Positions 1 to 7,975 of a stretch of 32,000 bases of DNA are shown one piece after another. The position numbers were made by a program, and so were the translations under genes. Origin of the DNA: an uncultured Balneolaceae bacterium (GTDB lineage: Bacteria > Bacteroidota > Rhodothermia > Balneolales > Balneolaceae); contig CAZGSL010000001.1 of NCBI GenBank assembly GCA_964528445.1, positions 82,530-114,529 on the forward strand, given 5' to 3'. Position 1 is the stretch's first letter, and each line of letters begins with the position of its first letter. The notes beneath the pieces are model-generated. The model was not told where the DNA came from and made no database searches. It saw only the letters and a list, made by a program, of their open reading frames with translations.

Positions 1-1
1 C

Positions 2-304
2 AAGAACCTGAATCCCGACGACCTGGTGGGAGGCACCATTACCCTTACCAATTACGGGAGCGTGGGCAACCTGATGGGAACGCCCATCATCAACCAGCCC
101 CAGGTCGCCATCATGGGTACGGGCGTTATCGAAAAACGGCCCGTTGTGATGGAAACCGACGCGGGCGATGTCATCGCCATCCGGCACATGATGTACCTCT
201 CCATGAGCTACGACCACCGGATTATCGACGGCGCGCACGGCGGCGCCTTTCTCAACCGTGTTAAGGAGCTGCTCGAGGGATTCGACCCGGACCGCGCGGT
301 ATGA
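2..304 (+). CDS. 2-oxoacid dehydrogenase complex E2 (dihydrolipoamide acyltransferase), C-terminal catalytic-domain fragment; 5' end is outside the window
   Basis: Frame 2 is open from the window edge (KNLNPDDLVGGTITLTNYGSVG...). It contains the E2 catalytic motif DHRIIDG and stops at TGA 302-304. About 100 aa cannot show which complex (PDH/OGDH/BCKDH) it belongs to. Confidence 0.85.
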   Translation, partial: KNLNPDDLVGGTITLTNYGSVGNLMGTPIINQPQVAIMGTGVIEKRPVVMETDAGDVIAIRHMMYLSMSYDHRIIDGAHGGAFLNRVKELLEGFDPDRAV

Positions 305-380
305 CCGTGCCGGCGGTTCCGGAGAGAGTCGCCTGATCGATATGCGCGCGTTCCACCAAATTTTCCTTCTTACCGTGAGA

Positions 381-408
381 CGGCATGATCCTTTGTGCCG
401 CTTTTTTT
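381..408 (+). terminator. Possible weak intrinsic terminator or attenuator downstream of the E2 gene
   Basis: CGGCA(T) at 381-386 pairs with (G)TGCCG at 395-400 around an 8-nt loop, followed by C plus T7 (402-408). The stem is short. It sits only 11 nt before the panC ATG, so panC would need read-through. Ambiguous. Confidence 0.35.
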
Positions 409-418
409 ATGCCACGTC

Positions 419-1273
419 ATGGAACTTCACCAAACCATAGAAGAGATTCGAGAGCAGGTTTCCCGGTACCGGGACAAGGGGCTCCGGGTGGGATTCGTCC
501 CCACCATGGGGGCCCTGCACGAGGGACACCTCTCCCTGTTCCGCCTGGCGGCGGAGAAGACCGACCGTGTGGTTGCCTCGGTCTATGTAAACCCGGAGCA
601 GTTTGCCCCCGGCGAGGATTACGAGACCTACCCGAGGGACCTGGAAGGGGATATGGAGAAGGCCGCCGAGAACGGCGTGGATACCGTTTTCGCGCCGGAC
701 GACGAAGTGATGTACGGCGATCGGAATTACCTCAGCATCGAGATCGAGGAGCTGAACCGCTACATGGACGGCGGCTCCCGTCCCGGCTTTTTCGAAGGCA
801 TCCTGCTGGTGGTCAACAAGCTGTTCAATATCGTGCAGCCTGACCTGGCGGTGTTCGGGCAGAAGGACCTCCAGCAGTTCCGGATACTCCAGCAGATGGT
901 CCGCGAGTTCAACCATCCGGTGGAGCTGGTCATGGGGCCCATCATCCGGGCCGGCGACGGACTGGCGCTCAGCAGCCGGAATGCCTACCTGGACGACCGC
1001 CAGCGGGCGCTCGCCCCCTCCCTGTACCGCTCCCTGACGTATATCGCCGGACAGATAAGGGATGGCGTGAGGAAACCCCGCCTGCTGATCGAGCACCAGA
1101 AATCGGAACTGGAGGCGAAAGGGTTTGAAATTGATTATCTTAACCTGTTTGATTTTGCGAAGATGCGACCCGTGGAGGAGGCGGAAAGAGGCCAGAAATA
1201 CATCCTGGCCGGCGCCGTTTACCTGGGGGAGACCCGTTTGATCGACAACATGATTCTGGAAATTGATTCCTGA
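419..1273 (+). CDS. panC: Pantoate--beta-alanine ligase (pantothenate synthetase)
   Basis: MELHQTIEEIREQVSRYRDKGLRVGFVPTMGALHEGH... The VPTMG/HEGH motifs fall at the same residue numbers as in E. coli PanC when the ATG at 419 is used. The track ORF begins at GTG 395, which overlaps the upstream hairpin and T-run. Confidence 0.93.
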   Translation: MELHQTIEEIREQVSRYRDKGLRVGFVPTMGALHEGHLSLFRLAAEKTDRVVASVYVNPEQFAPGEDYETYPRDLEGDMEKAAENGVDTVFAPDDEVMYGDRNYLSIEIEELNRYMDGGSRPGFFEGILLVVNKLFNIVQPDLAVFGQKDLQQFRILQQMVREFNHPVELVMGPIIRAGDGLALSSRNAYLDDRQRALAPSLYRSLTYIAGQIRDGVRKPRLLIEHQKSELEAKGFEIDYLNLFDFAKMRPVEEAERGQKYILAGAVYLGETRLIDNMILEIDS

Positions 1274-1279
1274 TGCCGT

Positions 1280-1714
1280 ATGAAACTTTCCATGTTTAAA
1301 TCCAAGCTGCACCAGCTCAGGGTGACCGAGGCCAATCTCCACTACGAGGGAAGCATCACCCTCGACAGCGAGTTGCTGGAGGAGGCCGGAATTCTCCCCT
1401 ACGAAAAGGTGCAGGTGCTGAACATCACCAACGGTTCCCGACTGGAGACCTACACCATTCCGGGCGAAGCCGGCTCCCGGGTCTGCTGCCTGAACGGTGC
1501 GGCGGCGCGCCTGACCCAGGTGGGAGACCGCATTATCGTGATCGCCTACGCGGAGATGACGCCGGAGGAAGCGCGGCAGCACAAGCCGCGGGTCGTGGTG
1601 GTCGACGAGAACAACGATCCGAAGCGGGTGGTTGACGAGAGCGAATACGCCACGAAATACGATCTGGAGACCGGCCTGGTGGATAATTCGATGCTGGGAG
1701 AAACCGATGTTTAA
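1280..1714 (+). CDS. panD: Aspartate 1-decarboxylase (pyruvoyl-dependent), with a C-terminal extension of roughly 20 aa
   Basis: [29 protein letters not shown] carries the Gly24-Ser25 self-cleavage site in the conserved HYEGS context. It starts 6 nt after panC. At 144 aa it is longer than the ~126-aa E. coli protein. Confidence 0.93.
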   Translation: MKLSMFKSKLHQLRVTEANLHYEGSITLDSELLEEAGILPYEKVQVLNITNGSRLETYTIPGEAGSRVCCLNGAAARLTQVGDRIIVIAYAEMTPEEARQHKPRVVVVDENNDPKRVVDESEYATKYDLETGLVDNSMLGETDV

Positions 1715-1924
1715 GAGCAGGTAATTTCTGTAATTATTTGTTAGGCTGGCATCTCGCTACGCAAAATGTTACAGCAATTGTAAAACTTTATAAGACAGCG
1801 TATCGTCGCGAAACAGAGAGCTTTACCTTACGTTTAGTTGCTACCCGGTACTGTTACGGAGACAATATAAAATTATCTTGATAGTTAAGCTTATAGTTTA
1901 ACGTCTCAAAAAAGTTCTGTCGTT

Positions 1925-3466
1925 ATGTCGAAAAAATACATCATACCCGGCGCGCTGGTTGCGTTGATTCTGGTAGCCTGGCTGGCTTTCGGGTCCGACT
2001 CTTCGGAAGAGAATACCATTTACGCCACTCCTCAGACCGGTCAGTTTGAAGTGACCATCTCCACGACCGGTGAGCTGCAGGCCAAAAATTCCACGAGCAT
2101 CCGCGGCCCGGAGGGAATGAGGGAGTACCGCATCTACAATGTCACCATACAGGATATTGTTCCCGAGGGTACGGTGGTTGAGCAGGGAGATTACGTGGCC
2201 GAACTTGACCGCTCGCAGGCCATGACCACCCTGCAGGATGCGGAATTGTCGCTGGAGGAGGAGCTGGCTGCCCTGGAAATCGCGCAGCTCGACAGCTCCC
2301 GCACCCTCTCCGACGCCCGCGATAATATTACGGATTTGGAGTACCAGCTGGAGGAAGCCCAGATTGCCCTGGAACAGTCGAAGTATGAGTCTCCCGCCGT
2401 GCAGCGCGAGGCGGAGATCAACCTGGACCGGGCCAAGCGTAACCTGGCGCAGGCGCAGCGGAATTTTGAACTCACGAAGAAGCAGGCCGAGGCCGAAATC
2501 AAGGAGATCCAGGCCGACGTCCAGGAGGAGCGGCAGGACGTCCAGCGCATCAAGGAGATCATGGACAACTTCACCATCTACGCCCCGGAGAACGGAATGG
2601 TGATCTACCGCCGGAACCGGGACGGCAGCAAGGTCCGCGAGGGCAGCGAATTGAGCGGCTGGGATCCCGTGGTGGCCGAGTTGCCGGACTTCAGCCAGAT
2701 GGAGTCTATTACGTATGTCAACGAAGTGGATATACAGAACGTCCGGCCCGGACAGCAGGTGGAGATCGGCCTGGACGCCATGCCGGAGAAGAGCCTGACC
2801 GGGGAGGTCAGCAGCGTGGCCAACATCGGCGAGCAGCGGCCCAACTCCAACTCGAAGGTATTCCAGGTGGTTATTGATATCCACCAGTCCGACTCCACGC
2901 TGCGTCCGGCGATGACCACCAGCAACCGGATACGGGTCAGTTCCGTAGACAGCGCGCTGTATGTGCCCCTCGAGACGGTCCATACCGACGACACCCTCAA
3001 TTACGTCTACAAGCGGAACGGACTTGAGACGGTCCGGCAGCAGGTGATCATGGGAATGATGAACGAGAACAATGTGGTAATTCACGCCGGCGTACAGCCC
3101 GACGACCGTCTCTATCTCTCCACCCCCGACGACACAGCCGGCATTCCCACCGAGCGGCTTCCCGACGACGTGCTGGAGGAGTACCGCGAGCAGATGGAAG
3201 AACAGGAGACGCTGGAGCCGCCCGTACAGGAGCAGGAACTCACGGGCGATCTGGATCAGATGCTCCAGCAGATGCCGGCCCAGATGAGGGACCGCATGGA
3301 GCAGATGCTGGAGAGCGGGCAGATCGATACCGCCGCCATACTGGACCGCATGAAACAGATGCAGCAGGGTGACATGCCGCAGATGCAACGCGGAAGTCAG
3401 CCGCCGGGAGGCGACGGTGACGGTCCCCCCTCCGGCGGAGGCAACCGGGACGGCGGAAACCGGTAG
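1925..3466 (+). CDS. HlyD/MacA-type periplasmic efflux adaptor (membrane fusion protein) with a Met/Gln-rich and Gly-rich C-terminal tail
   Basis: N-terminal membrane anchor (IIPGALVALILVAWLAF). A long coiled-coil hairpin segment (LQDAELSLEEELAALEIAQL...KKQAEAEIKEIQADVQEE). Beta-barrel region typical of MFPs (FTIYAPENGMVIYRRN, VEIGLDAMPEKSLTGEVSSVA). First gene of a three-gene block with the permease and TolC. Confidence 0.85.
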   Translation: MSKKYIIPGALVALILVAWLAFGSDSSEENTIYATPQTGQFEVTISTTGELQAKNSTSIRGPEGMREYRIYNVTIQDIVPEGTVVEQGDYVAELDRSQAMTTLQDAELSLEEELAALEIAQLDSSRTLSDARDNITDLEYQLEEAQIALEQSKYESPAVQREAEINLDRAKRNLAQAQRNFELTKKQAEAEIKEIQADVQEERQDVQRIKEIMDNFTIYAPENGMVIYRRNRDGSKVREGSELSGWDPVVAELPDFSQMESITYVNEVDIQNVRPGQQVEIGLDAMPEKSLTGEVSSVANIGEQRPNSNSKVFQVVIDIHQSDSTLRPAMTTSNRIRVSSVDSALYVPLETVHTDDTLNYVYKRNGLETVRQQVIMGMMNENNVVIHAGVQPDDRLYLSTPDDTAGIPTERLPDDVLEEYREQMEEQETLEPPVQEQELTGDLDQMLQQMPAQMRDRMEQMLESGQIDTAAILDRMKQMQQGDMPQMQRGSQPPGGDGDGPPSGGGNRDGGNR

Positions 3467-3510
3467 CACACTCCTCTCCACTACACATTTCAACCTGAAG
3501 AGAGACCACG

Positions 3511-4920
3511 TTGTTACAGAAGATACTTTACAACTTTGACATTGCTCTGGATGCCATTCGCCAGAATACCATGCGGAGCTTCCTGACCTCCCTGGGCATT
3601 ATTTTCGGGGTGGCCTCCGTAATCGCCATGCTGGCCATCGGGCGGGGTGCGCAGGAAGAGGTGCTGCAGCAGATGCAGCTGCTGGGTACCGACAACGTGA
3701 TCATCGAGACGGTCATGGAGCAGACCGAGGGAGAAGTGGAGGACGGAAGTACATCATCTGGCGAAAGCCAGCGGCGGTTTTCGCCGGGGCTGACTCTGGA
3801 GGATATGGAGAGTATCCAGAACGAAATTCCCCAGGTAAGCAACGTCACTCCCGAGATTATCTACGATACCTACTTTGTGCGTAACGGCCGCATGCGCACC
3901 GGCAAGCTGGTAGGGGTCAATAACCAGTATTTTGATATTAACAATTTTGAATTTGAGGAGGGCCGGCCGTTTACCGATCTGCAGATGCGCGAATCGGAGC
4001 CGGTCTGTGTCATCGGGTCCGACGTAAAGACCCGCTTTTTCGCCGGACAGGATCCCATCGGGAAGCAGATCAAGACCGGGGGACTCTGGATGACGGTTGT
4101 GGGAGTACTCGAGGAGCGGGAGATGAGCACGGAGAATATCGAGAACCTGGGCATCCGGAACTACAACCTGGACATCTACGCTCCGGCCACCTCCGTGCTG
4201 CTTCGGTACGGTAACAGGGCGGTGGTTACCCAGCAGGATATACAGGACGGGCAGTCGGAAGAGAACGGCGGCGGTCAGGTGGTTCAATTCGGCGGCGGCG
4301 GCAGCATTATGATTTCCGGCGGCGGCAACGTGGAATCGAGTTCTTCTTCCGACGACGAAATGAGCAACTATCACCAGCTTGACAAGCTTATCGTACAGGT
4401 AACGGATAACGCCTACAGCGTTCCCATCGCGGATATTCTACGGCGTATGCTGCAGCGGCGCCACAACGGGATCATCGACTTTGAGGTGATTGTCCCCGAG
4501 CTGCTGCTCCAGCAGGAACGGCGGACCCAGGAGATTTTCAATATCGTACTCTCCTCCATCGCGTCCATTGCCCTGATCGTGGGCGGTATCGGCATCATGA
4601 ACATCATGCTGGCGTCGGTGGTGGAACGTTACCGGGAGATCGGCGTTCGACGTGCGGTGGGAGCCCATAAAAAGGACATACAGCTCCAGTTCCTGACCGA
4701 GGCCCTCACCATCAGCATCAGCGGCGGCATGGTGGGTATTTTCCTGGGCATCGCGCTCAGTTACGTCATCGAGATTACGGCGGGCATCGTTACCATCGTG
4801 ACACTTTCATCCATTCTCATATCATTCGGGGTGGCCCTGGCCGTCGGAGTGATCTTCGGGTACGTACCCGCCCGCCGGGCCGCAGAACAGGATCCAGTAA
4901 ACGCTCTACGTCATGAATAA
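3511..4920 (+). CDS. MacB/FtsX-family ABC-transporter permease (no fused ATPase domain)
   Basis: TTG start. N-terminus ALDAIRQNTMRSFLTSLGIIFGVASVIAMLAIG is the classic MacB-type TM1. It is followed by a large periplasmic domain, then a C-terminal FtsX 3-TM bundle (IALIVGGIGIMNIMLASVVERYREIGVRRAVGA...DPVNALRHE). The periplasmic domain carries a Gly/Ser-rich insert (GGGQVVQFGGGGSIMISGGGNVESSSSSDDE). Confidence 0.88.
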   Translation: MLQKILYNFDIALDAIRQNTMRSFLTSLGIIFGVASVIAMLAIGRGAQEEVLQQMQLLGTDNVIIETVMEQTEGEVEDGSTSSGESQRRFSPGLTLEDMESIQNEIPQVSNVTPEIIYDTYFVRNGRMRTGKLVGVNNQYFDINNFEFEEGRPFTDLQMRESEPVCVIGSDVKTRFFAGQDPIGKQIKTGGLWMTVVGVLEEREMSTENIENLGIRNYNLDIYAPATSVLLRYGNRAVVTQQDIQDGQSEENGGGQVVQFGGGGSIMISGGGNVESSSSSDDEMSNYHQLDKLIVQVTDNAYSVPIADILRRMLQRRHNGIIDFEVIVPELLLQQERRTQEIFNIVLSSIASIALIVGGIGIMNIMLASVVERYREIGVRRAVGAHKKDIQLQFLTEALTISISGGMVGIFLGIALSYVIEITAGIVTIVTLSSILISFGVALAVGVIFGYVPARRAAEQDPVNALRHE

Positions 4921-6403
4921 ACCAGTTACCTTACTCTTTCTCATTTTAATCACCGGTCTGGTCGGGGCGCATGCGGCCCACGCCCAGCAGGCGCAGGTTC
5001 AGGATCTGGGAACGCTCTCCCTGCAGGAGGCCATCGAAATTGCCCAGGAACAGAGTCCGCAGGCCCGGTCGGCGCGTTTCGGACTGATTGCCAGCCAGTG
5101 GCAGTACCGCTCCTATCGTGCCGACCTGCTGCCCAGCCTCTCGCTTTCAGGGGACGCGCCGAATTTCTCGCGCAGCATTATTTCCAACACCCTGGATGAC
5201 GGGACCGTTATCTTTCAGTCCCAGGTGCAGTCCCAGGCCTCGACGGAACTCTCCATTCAGCAGAATATTCCGTGGACCGGCGGTTCGCTCTTTGTCCAGT
5301 CGGGGCTGGAGCGGCTGGGAGTTTTCGGAGGTGAGAACTCCTATCTCTGGTCAAGCACGCCCCTGCTGGCCCGCTACTCCCAGCCCCTGTTCCAGTACAA
5401 CAGCCTGAAGTGGCAGCAGCGCATTCAGCCCCTTGAATACGAGATTGCCCGGAAGGAGTACGATCAGCAGATGGAGGCCATCGCCGAGCAGACTACCAAC
5501 AACTTTTTCCAGGTCTACCTGAGCCGTATCAACCTGGAGATCGCCGAATTCAACGTTCAGCGCAACGACTCCACCTACCAGATTTCGCAGGGCCGCTACG
5601 AGGTGGGAAGCATTACCGAGAACGAGCTGCTGCAGACCGAACTGCAGCTCAGCAACTCCCAGAGCGAGCTGACCAGCGCCCAGATCGAATACGAGCGGGC
5701 ATTGGACCAGTTCAAGATCTTCCTGGGATACCCGACCGACGTAACGGTGGATGAGCTGGAGCCCCCCACCGAGCTGCCGGATATCGAGGTGGATCTGCAG
5801 CGAGCCGTTGAGCTGGCTATGGAAAACAACAGCGAAGCGCTGGATTACCAGCTGGAGGAGCTCCAGGCGGATGCCAACTTTGCGCAGGCCAAAAGCCAGA
5901 GCAATTTCCAGTTTACCATCAACGCCACCTACGGCATTAACCAGACTGCCGCCGATTTCCAGGATCTCTATGTGAATCCCCAGGACCGGCAGTCGGTAAA
6001 CGTCAGTTTCCAGGTGCCTCTCTTCAACTGGGGCAAGGAGCGGGCAGAGGTTAACATGGCCCGCAACCAGCAGCAGCAGGTGCAGAGTGATATCCAGTTC
6101 CAGCGCCGGCAGTTTTTACAGGACGTGGAATACACCGTCCGGCAATTCTTGCAGCTGGAGGGACAGGTGCAGCGGGCCGCGCGTTCGGATACCATCGCCC
6201 AGCGCCGCTACGACGTGGCCCAGAATCACTACCTGATAGGGAATATCAGCATTACGGACCTCTTCATTGCGCAGAGCGAGCGGGATTCTGCGCGGAGGGC
6301 CTACATCAGCGCACTTCAGGATTTCTGGACCGGCCTCTACAACCTGCGGCGTCTTACCCTTTACGACTTCCGGCGCAACGAGCCCATCTCCCACGAGCTT
6401 TGA
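4913..6403 (+). CDS. TolC-family outer-membrane efflux protein
   Basis: Signal peptide (LLFLILITGLVGAHAAHAQQ). Two OEP-type repeats with typical motifs (LSLQEAIEIAQEQSPQ..., YRADLLPSLSLSG, ...DLFIAQSERDSARRAYISALQDFW). Its ATG overlaps the permease stop (ATGAATAA, 8-nt overlap). Confidence 0.88.
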   Translation: MNKPVTLLFLILITGLVGAHAAHAQQAQVQDLGTLSLQEAIEIAQEQSPQARSARFGLIASQWQYRSYRADLLPSLSLSGDAPNFSRSIISNTLDDGTVIFQSQVQSQASTELSIQQNIPWTGGSLFVQSGLERLGVFGGENSYLWSSTPLLARYSQPLFQYNSLKWQQRIQPLEYEIARKEYDQQMEAIAEQTTNNFFQVYLSRINLEIAEFNVQRNDSTYQISQGRYEVGSITENELLQTELQLSNSQSELTSAQIEYERALDQFKIFLGYPTDVTVDELEPPTELPDIEVDLQRAVELAMENNSEALDYQLEELQADANFAQAKSQSNFQFTINATYGINQTAADFQDLYVNPQDRQSVNVSFQVPLFNWGKERAEVNMARNQQQQVQSDIQFQRRQFLQDVEYTVRQFLQLEGQVQRAARSDTIAQRRYDVAQNHYLIGNISITDLFIAQSERDSARRAYISALQDFWTGLYNLRRLTLYDFRRNEPISHEL

Positions 6404-6428
6404 CCTTGCGTTCTTAATTCAGGCGGCT

Positions 6429-6496
6429 GGGAGGGGGATAAGCCTGTGGGATACTTAAAAAGTACTTTTTTGATCCCACAGGCTTATCCCCCTCCC
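6429..6496. repeat. 24-bp perfect inverted repeat (stem-loop) between tolC and the oxidoreductase gene
   Basis: GGGAGGGGGATAAGCCTGTGGGAT (6429-6452) and its exact reverse complement ATCCCACAGGCTTATCCCCCTCCC (6473-6496) flank a 20-nt A/T-rich loop, ACTTAAAAAGTACTTTTTTG. No U-tract follows the stem on either strand. Confidence 0.9.
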
Positions 6497-6566
6497 TATA
6501 CTTGCGATTCAGGCGAAAGCTCCTAACTTTACGCGAAACGAAAACCGCGGGAAGAAGGGATGGATT

Positions 6567-7961
6567 ATGGACGAACAGGACAAGGACGGGAAATTGAAAT
6601 CCTCCGGCATGTCACGCAGGGATTTTCTGGGTACCTCCGCGCTTGCCGGAGCGGGATTCATGGTGGTTCCGCGACGCGTTCTGGGAGGAAGCGGGTATCG
6701 GGCTCCCAGCGATACGCTCAACATCGCCTCGGTCGGGGTGGGGGGAATGGGCGCGAACAACACCCAGGCCCTCTCCGATCTGGGAGAGAATATCTACGCG
6801 CTGTGTGACGTGGACGAAGAGTACGCCGCCGAAACGCTCTACAACTACCCGAAAGCCAAGAAGTATGTGGATTTCCGGGAGATGCTGGAGCAGGAGCCCG
6901 AAATTGACGCGGTGGTGGTAGCCACCCCCGATCACTCCCATGCTGCGATCGCCATCCAGGCCATGCAGGAGGGCAAACATGTCTTTGTGCAGAAGCCGCT
7001 GGCCCGCACCCTTTACGAAGCGCGGCGCATGAGGGAAGTGGCGGAGGAGACCGGCGTGGTGACCCAGATGGGAAACCAGGGTCACTGCTACGACGGCACA
7101 CGGAAGCTCGTAAACTGGATCCGCCAGGGAGCCATCGGTGAAGTCCGGAAAGTGGACTGCTGGACCAACCGCCCCACCGGTTTCTGGCCGCAGGGCGGGA
7201 CGGTGAGCCGCCCCGACGAAATTCCGGTTGTTCCCTATACCATGCACTGGGATCTCTGGATTGGACCCGCCTCCTACCGCCCCTACCATCCCGATTACGC
7301 GCCGTTTGCCTGGAGGGGACGCTGGGACTTCGGGAGCGGCGCGCTGGGTGACATGGGCGCCCATATCATGGACCAGCCCTTCTGGGCCCTGGAGCTTGGG
7401 AATCCCGATACGGTGCATGCCAGTCCCACACCTTTCAACGACGAGGCCTTCCCGGTGGGCTCAACCGTCTACTACCGCTTCCCGGAAAGGAACGGACGGC
7501 CGGCGGTGGACCTGACCTGGCACGACGGGGGCATCAAGCCGCCCCGTCCGGCAGAACTGCCTGACGAGGAGTCCCTCGGTTCCTGGGGCGGCGGCATGCT
7601 GTTTCACGGTTCGGAGGGAATGCTGCAGGCGGACGTGTACGGGAACAATCCCCGTTTCATACCCTCCTCGCTGGGAGACGAAGTGGGAGAGCCTGAGATG
7701 GAGATTCCCCTCTCGCCGGGCATTCACGAGGAGTTTGTCAACGCCTGCAAGGGAGAGGGGGAGGCCAGCTCCCACTTCGACTACGCGGCGCGGCTGACGG
7801 AGACGATGATGCTGGGCAATGTCGCCATCCAGTTCAGCGAACAGCCGATGAAACTCCGGTGGGATTCGGAAAACCTGAGGGTTCCCAACCTGGAGGAGGC
7901 CAACGAGTGGCTGGACGAGCGGAACAATTTTCGTCCCGGATGGAGGGAGCTGATCGGCTAG
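6567..7961 (+). CDS. Gfo/Idh/MocA-family NAD(P)-dependent oxidoreductase with a twin-arginine (TAT) signal
   Basis: SRRDFLGTSALAGAGFMVVP is a TAT motif. The Rossmann region is LNIASVGVGGMGANN...DAVVVATPDHSHAAIAIQAMQEGKHVFVQKPLA. The start could instead be the ATG at 6609 (MSRRDFL). Confidence 0.85.
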   Translation: MDEQDKDGKLKSSGMSRRDFLGTSALAGAGFMVVPRRVLGGSGYRAPSDTLNIASVGVGGMGANNTQALSDLGENIYALCDVDEEYAAETLYNYPKAKKYVDFREMLEQEPEIDAVVVATPDHSHAAIAIQAMQEGKHVFVQKPLARTLYEARRMREVAEETGVVTQMGNQGHCYDGTRKLVNWIRQGAIGEVRKVDCWTNRPTGFWPQGGTVSRPDEIPVVPYTMHWDLWIGPASYRPYHPDYAPFAWRGRWDFGSGALGDMGAHIMDQPFWALELGNPDTVHASPTPFNDEAFPVGSTVYYRFPERNGRPAVDLTWHDGGIKPPRPAELPDEESLGSWGGGMLFHGSEGMLQADVYGNNPRFIPSSLGDEVGEPEMEIPLSPGIHEEFVNACKGEGEASSHFDYAARLTETMMLGNVAIQFSEQPMKLRWDSENLRVPNLEEANEWLDERNNFRPGWRELIG

Positions 7962-7975
7962 GTCCGGCGGACGAC

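Noticed and set aside
395-418. GTG start for panC at 395 (MPLFLCHV...).
   Set aside because: Starting at ATG 419 places the VPTMG motif at exactly the same residue numbers as in E. coli PanC. The GTG extension overlaps an upstream hairpin and T-run.
1747-1762. Sigma-54-like TGGCAT...GC upstream of the efflux operon.
   Set aside because: The GG-to-GC spacing is one nucleotide too long (13 versus 12), and the -12 region reads TACGC rather than TTGC. This contrasts with the exact match upstream of flgB.
1898-3493. 531-aa ORF on the minus strand. Similar long antisense ORFs occur at 407-1582, 6612-7418, 10029-11579, 16193-17059, 18939-20357, 20546-21529, 22173-23402, 26824-27525 and 28336-29319.
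   Set aside because: Each lies entirely antisense to a gene with clear family signatures. Their translations are Arg/Leu/Gly/His/Val-rich with no recognisable motifs. These are the classic shadow ORFs of GC-rich DNA, where the antisense frame is depleted in stop codons.
6560-6921. Alternative-frame ORFs (6560-6808, 6643-6921) at the 5' end of the oxidoreductase gene.
   Set aside because: They overlap out of frame the ORF that carries a clear TAT signal and Rossmann motif, and they have no motifs of their own.
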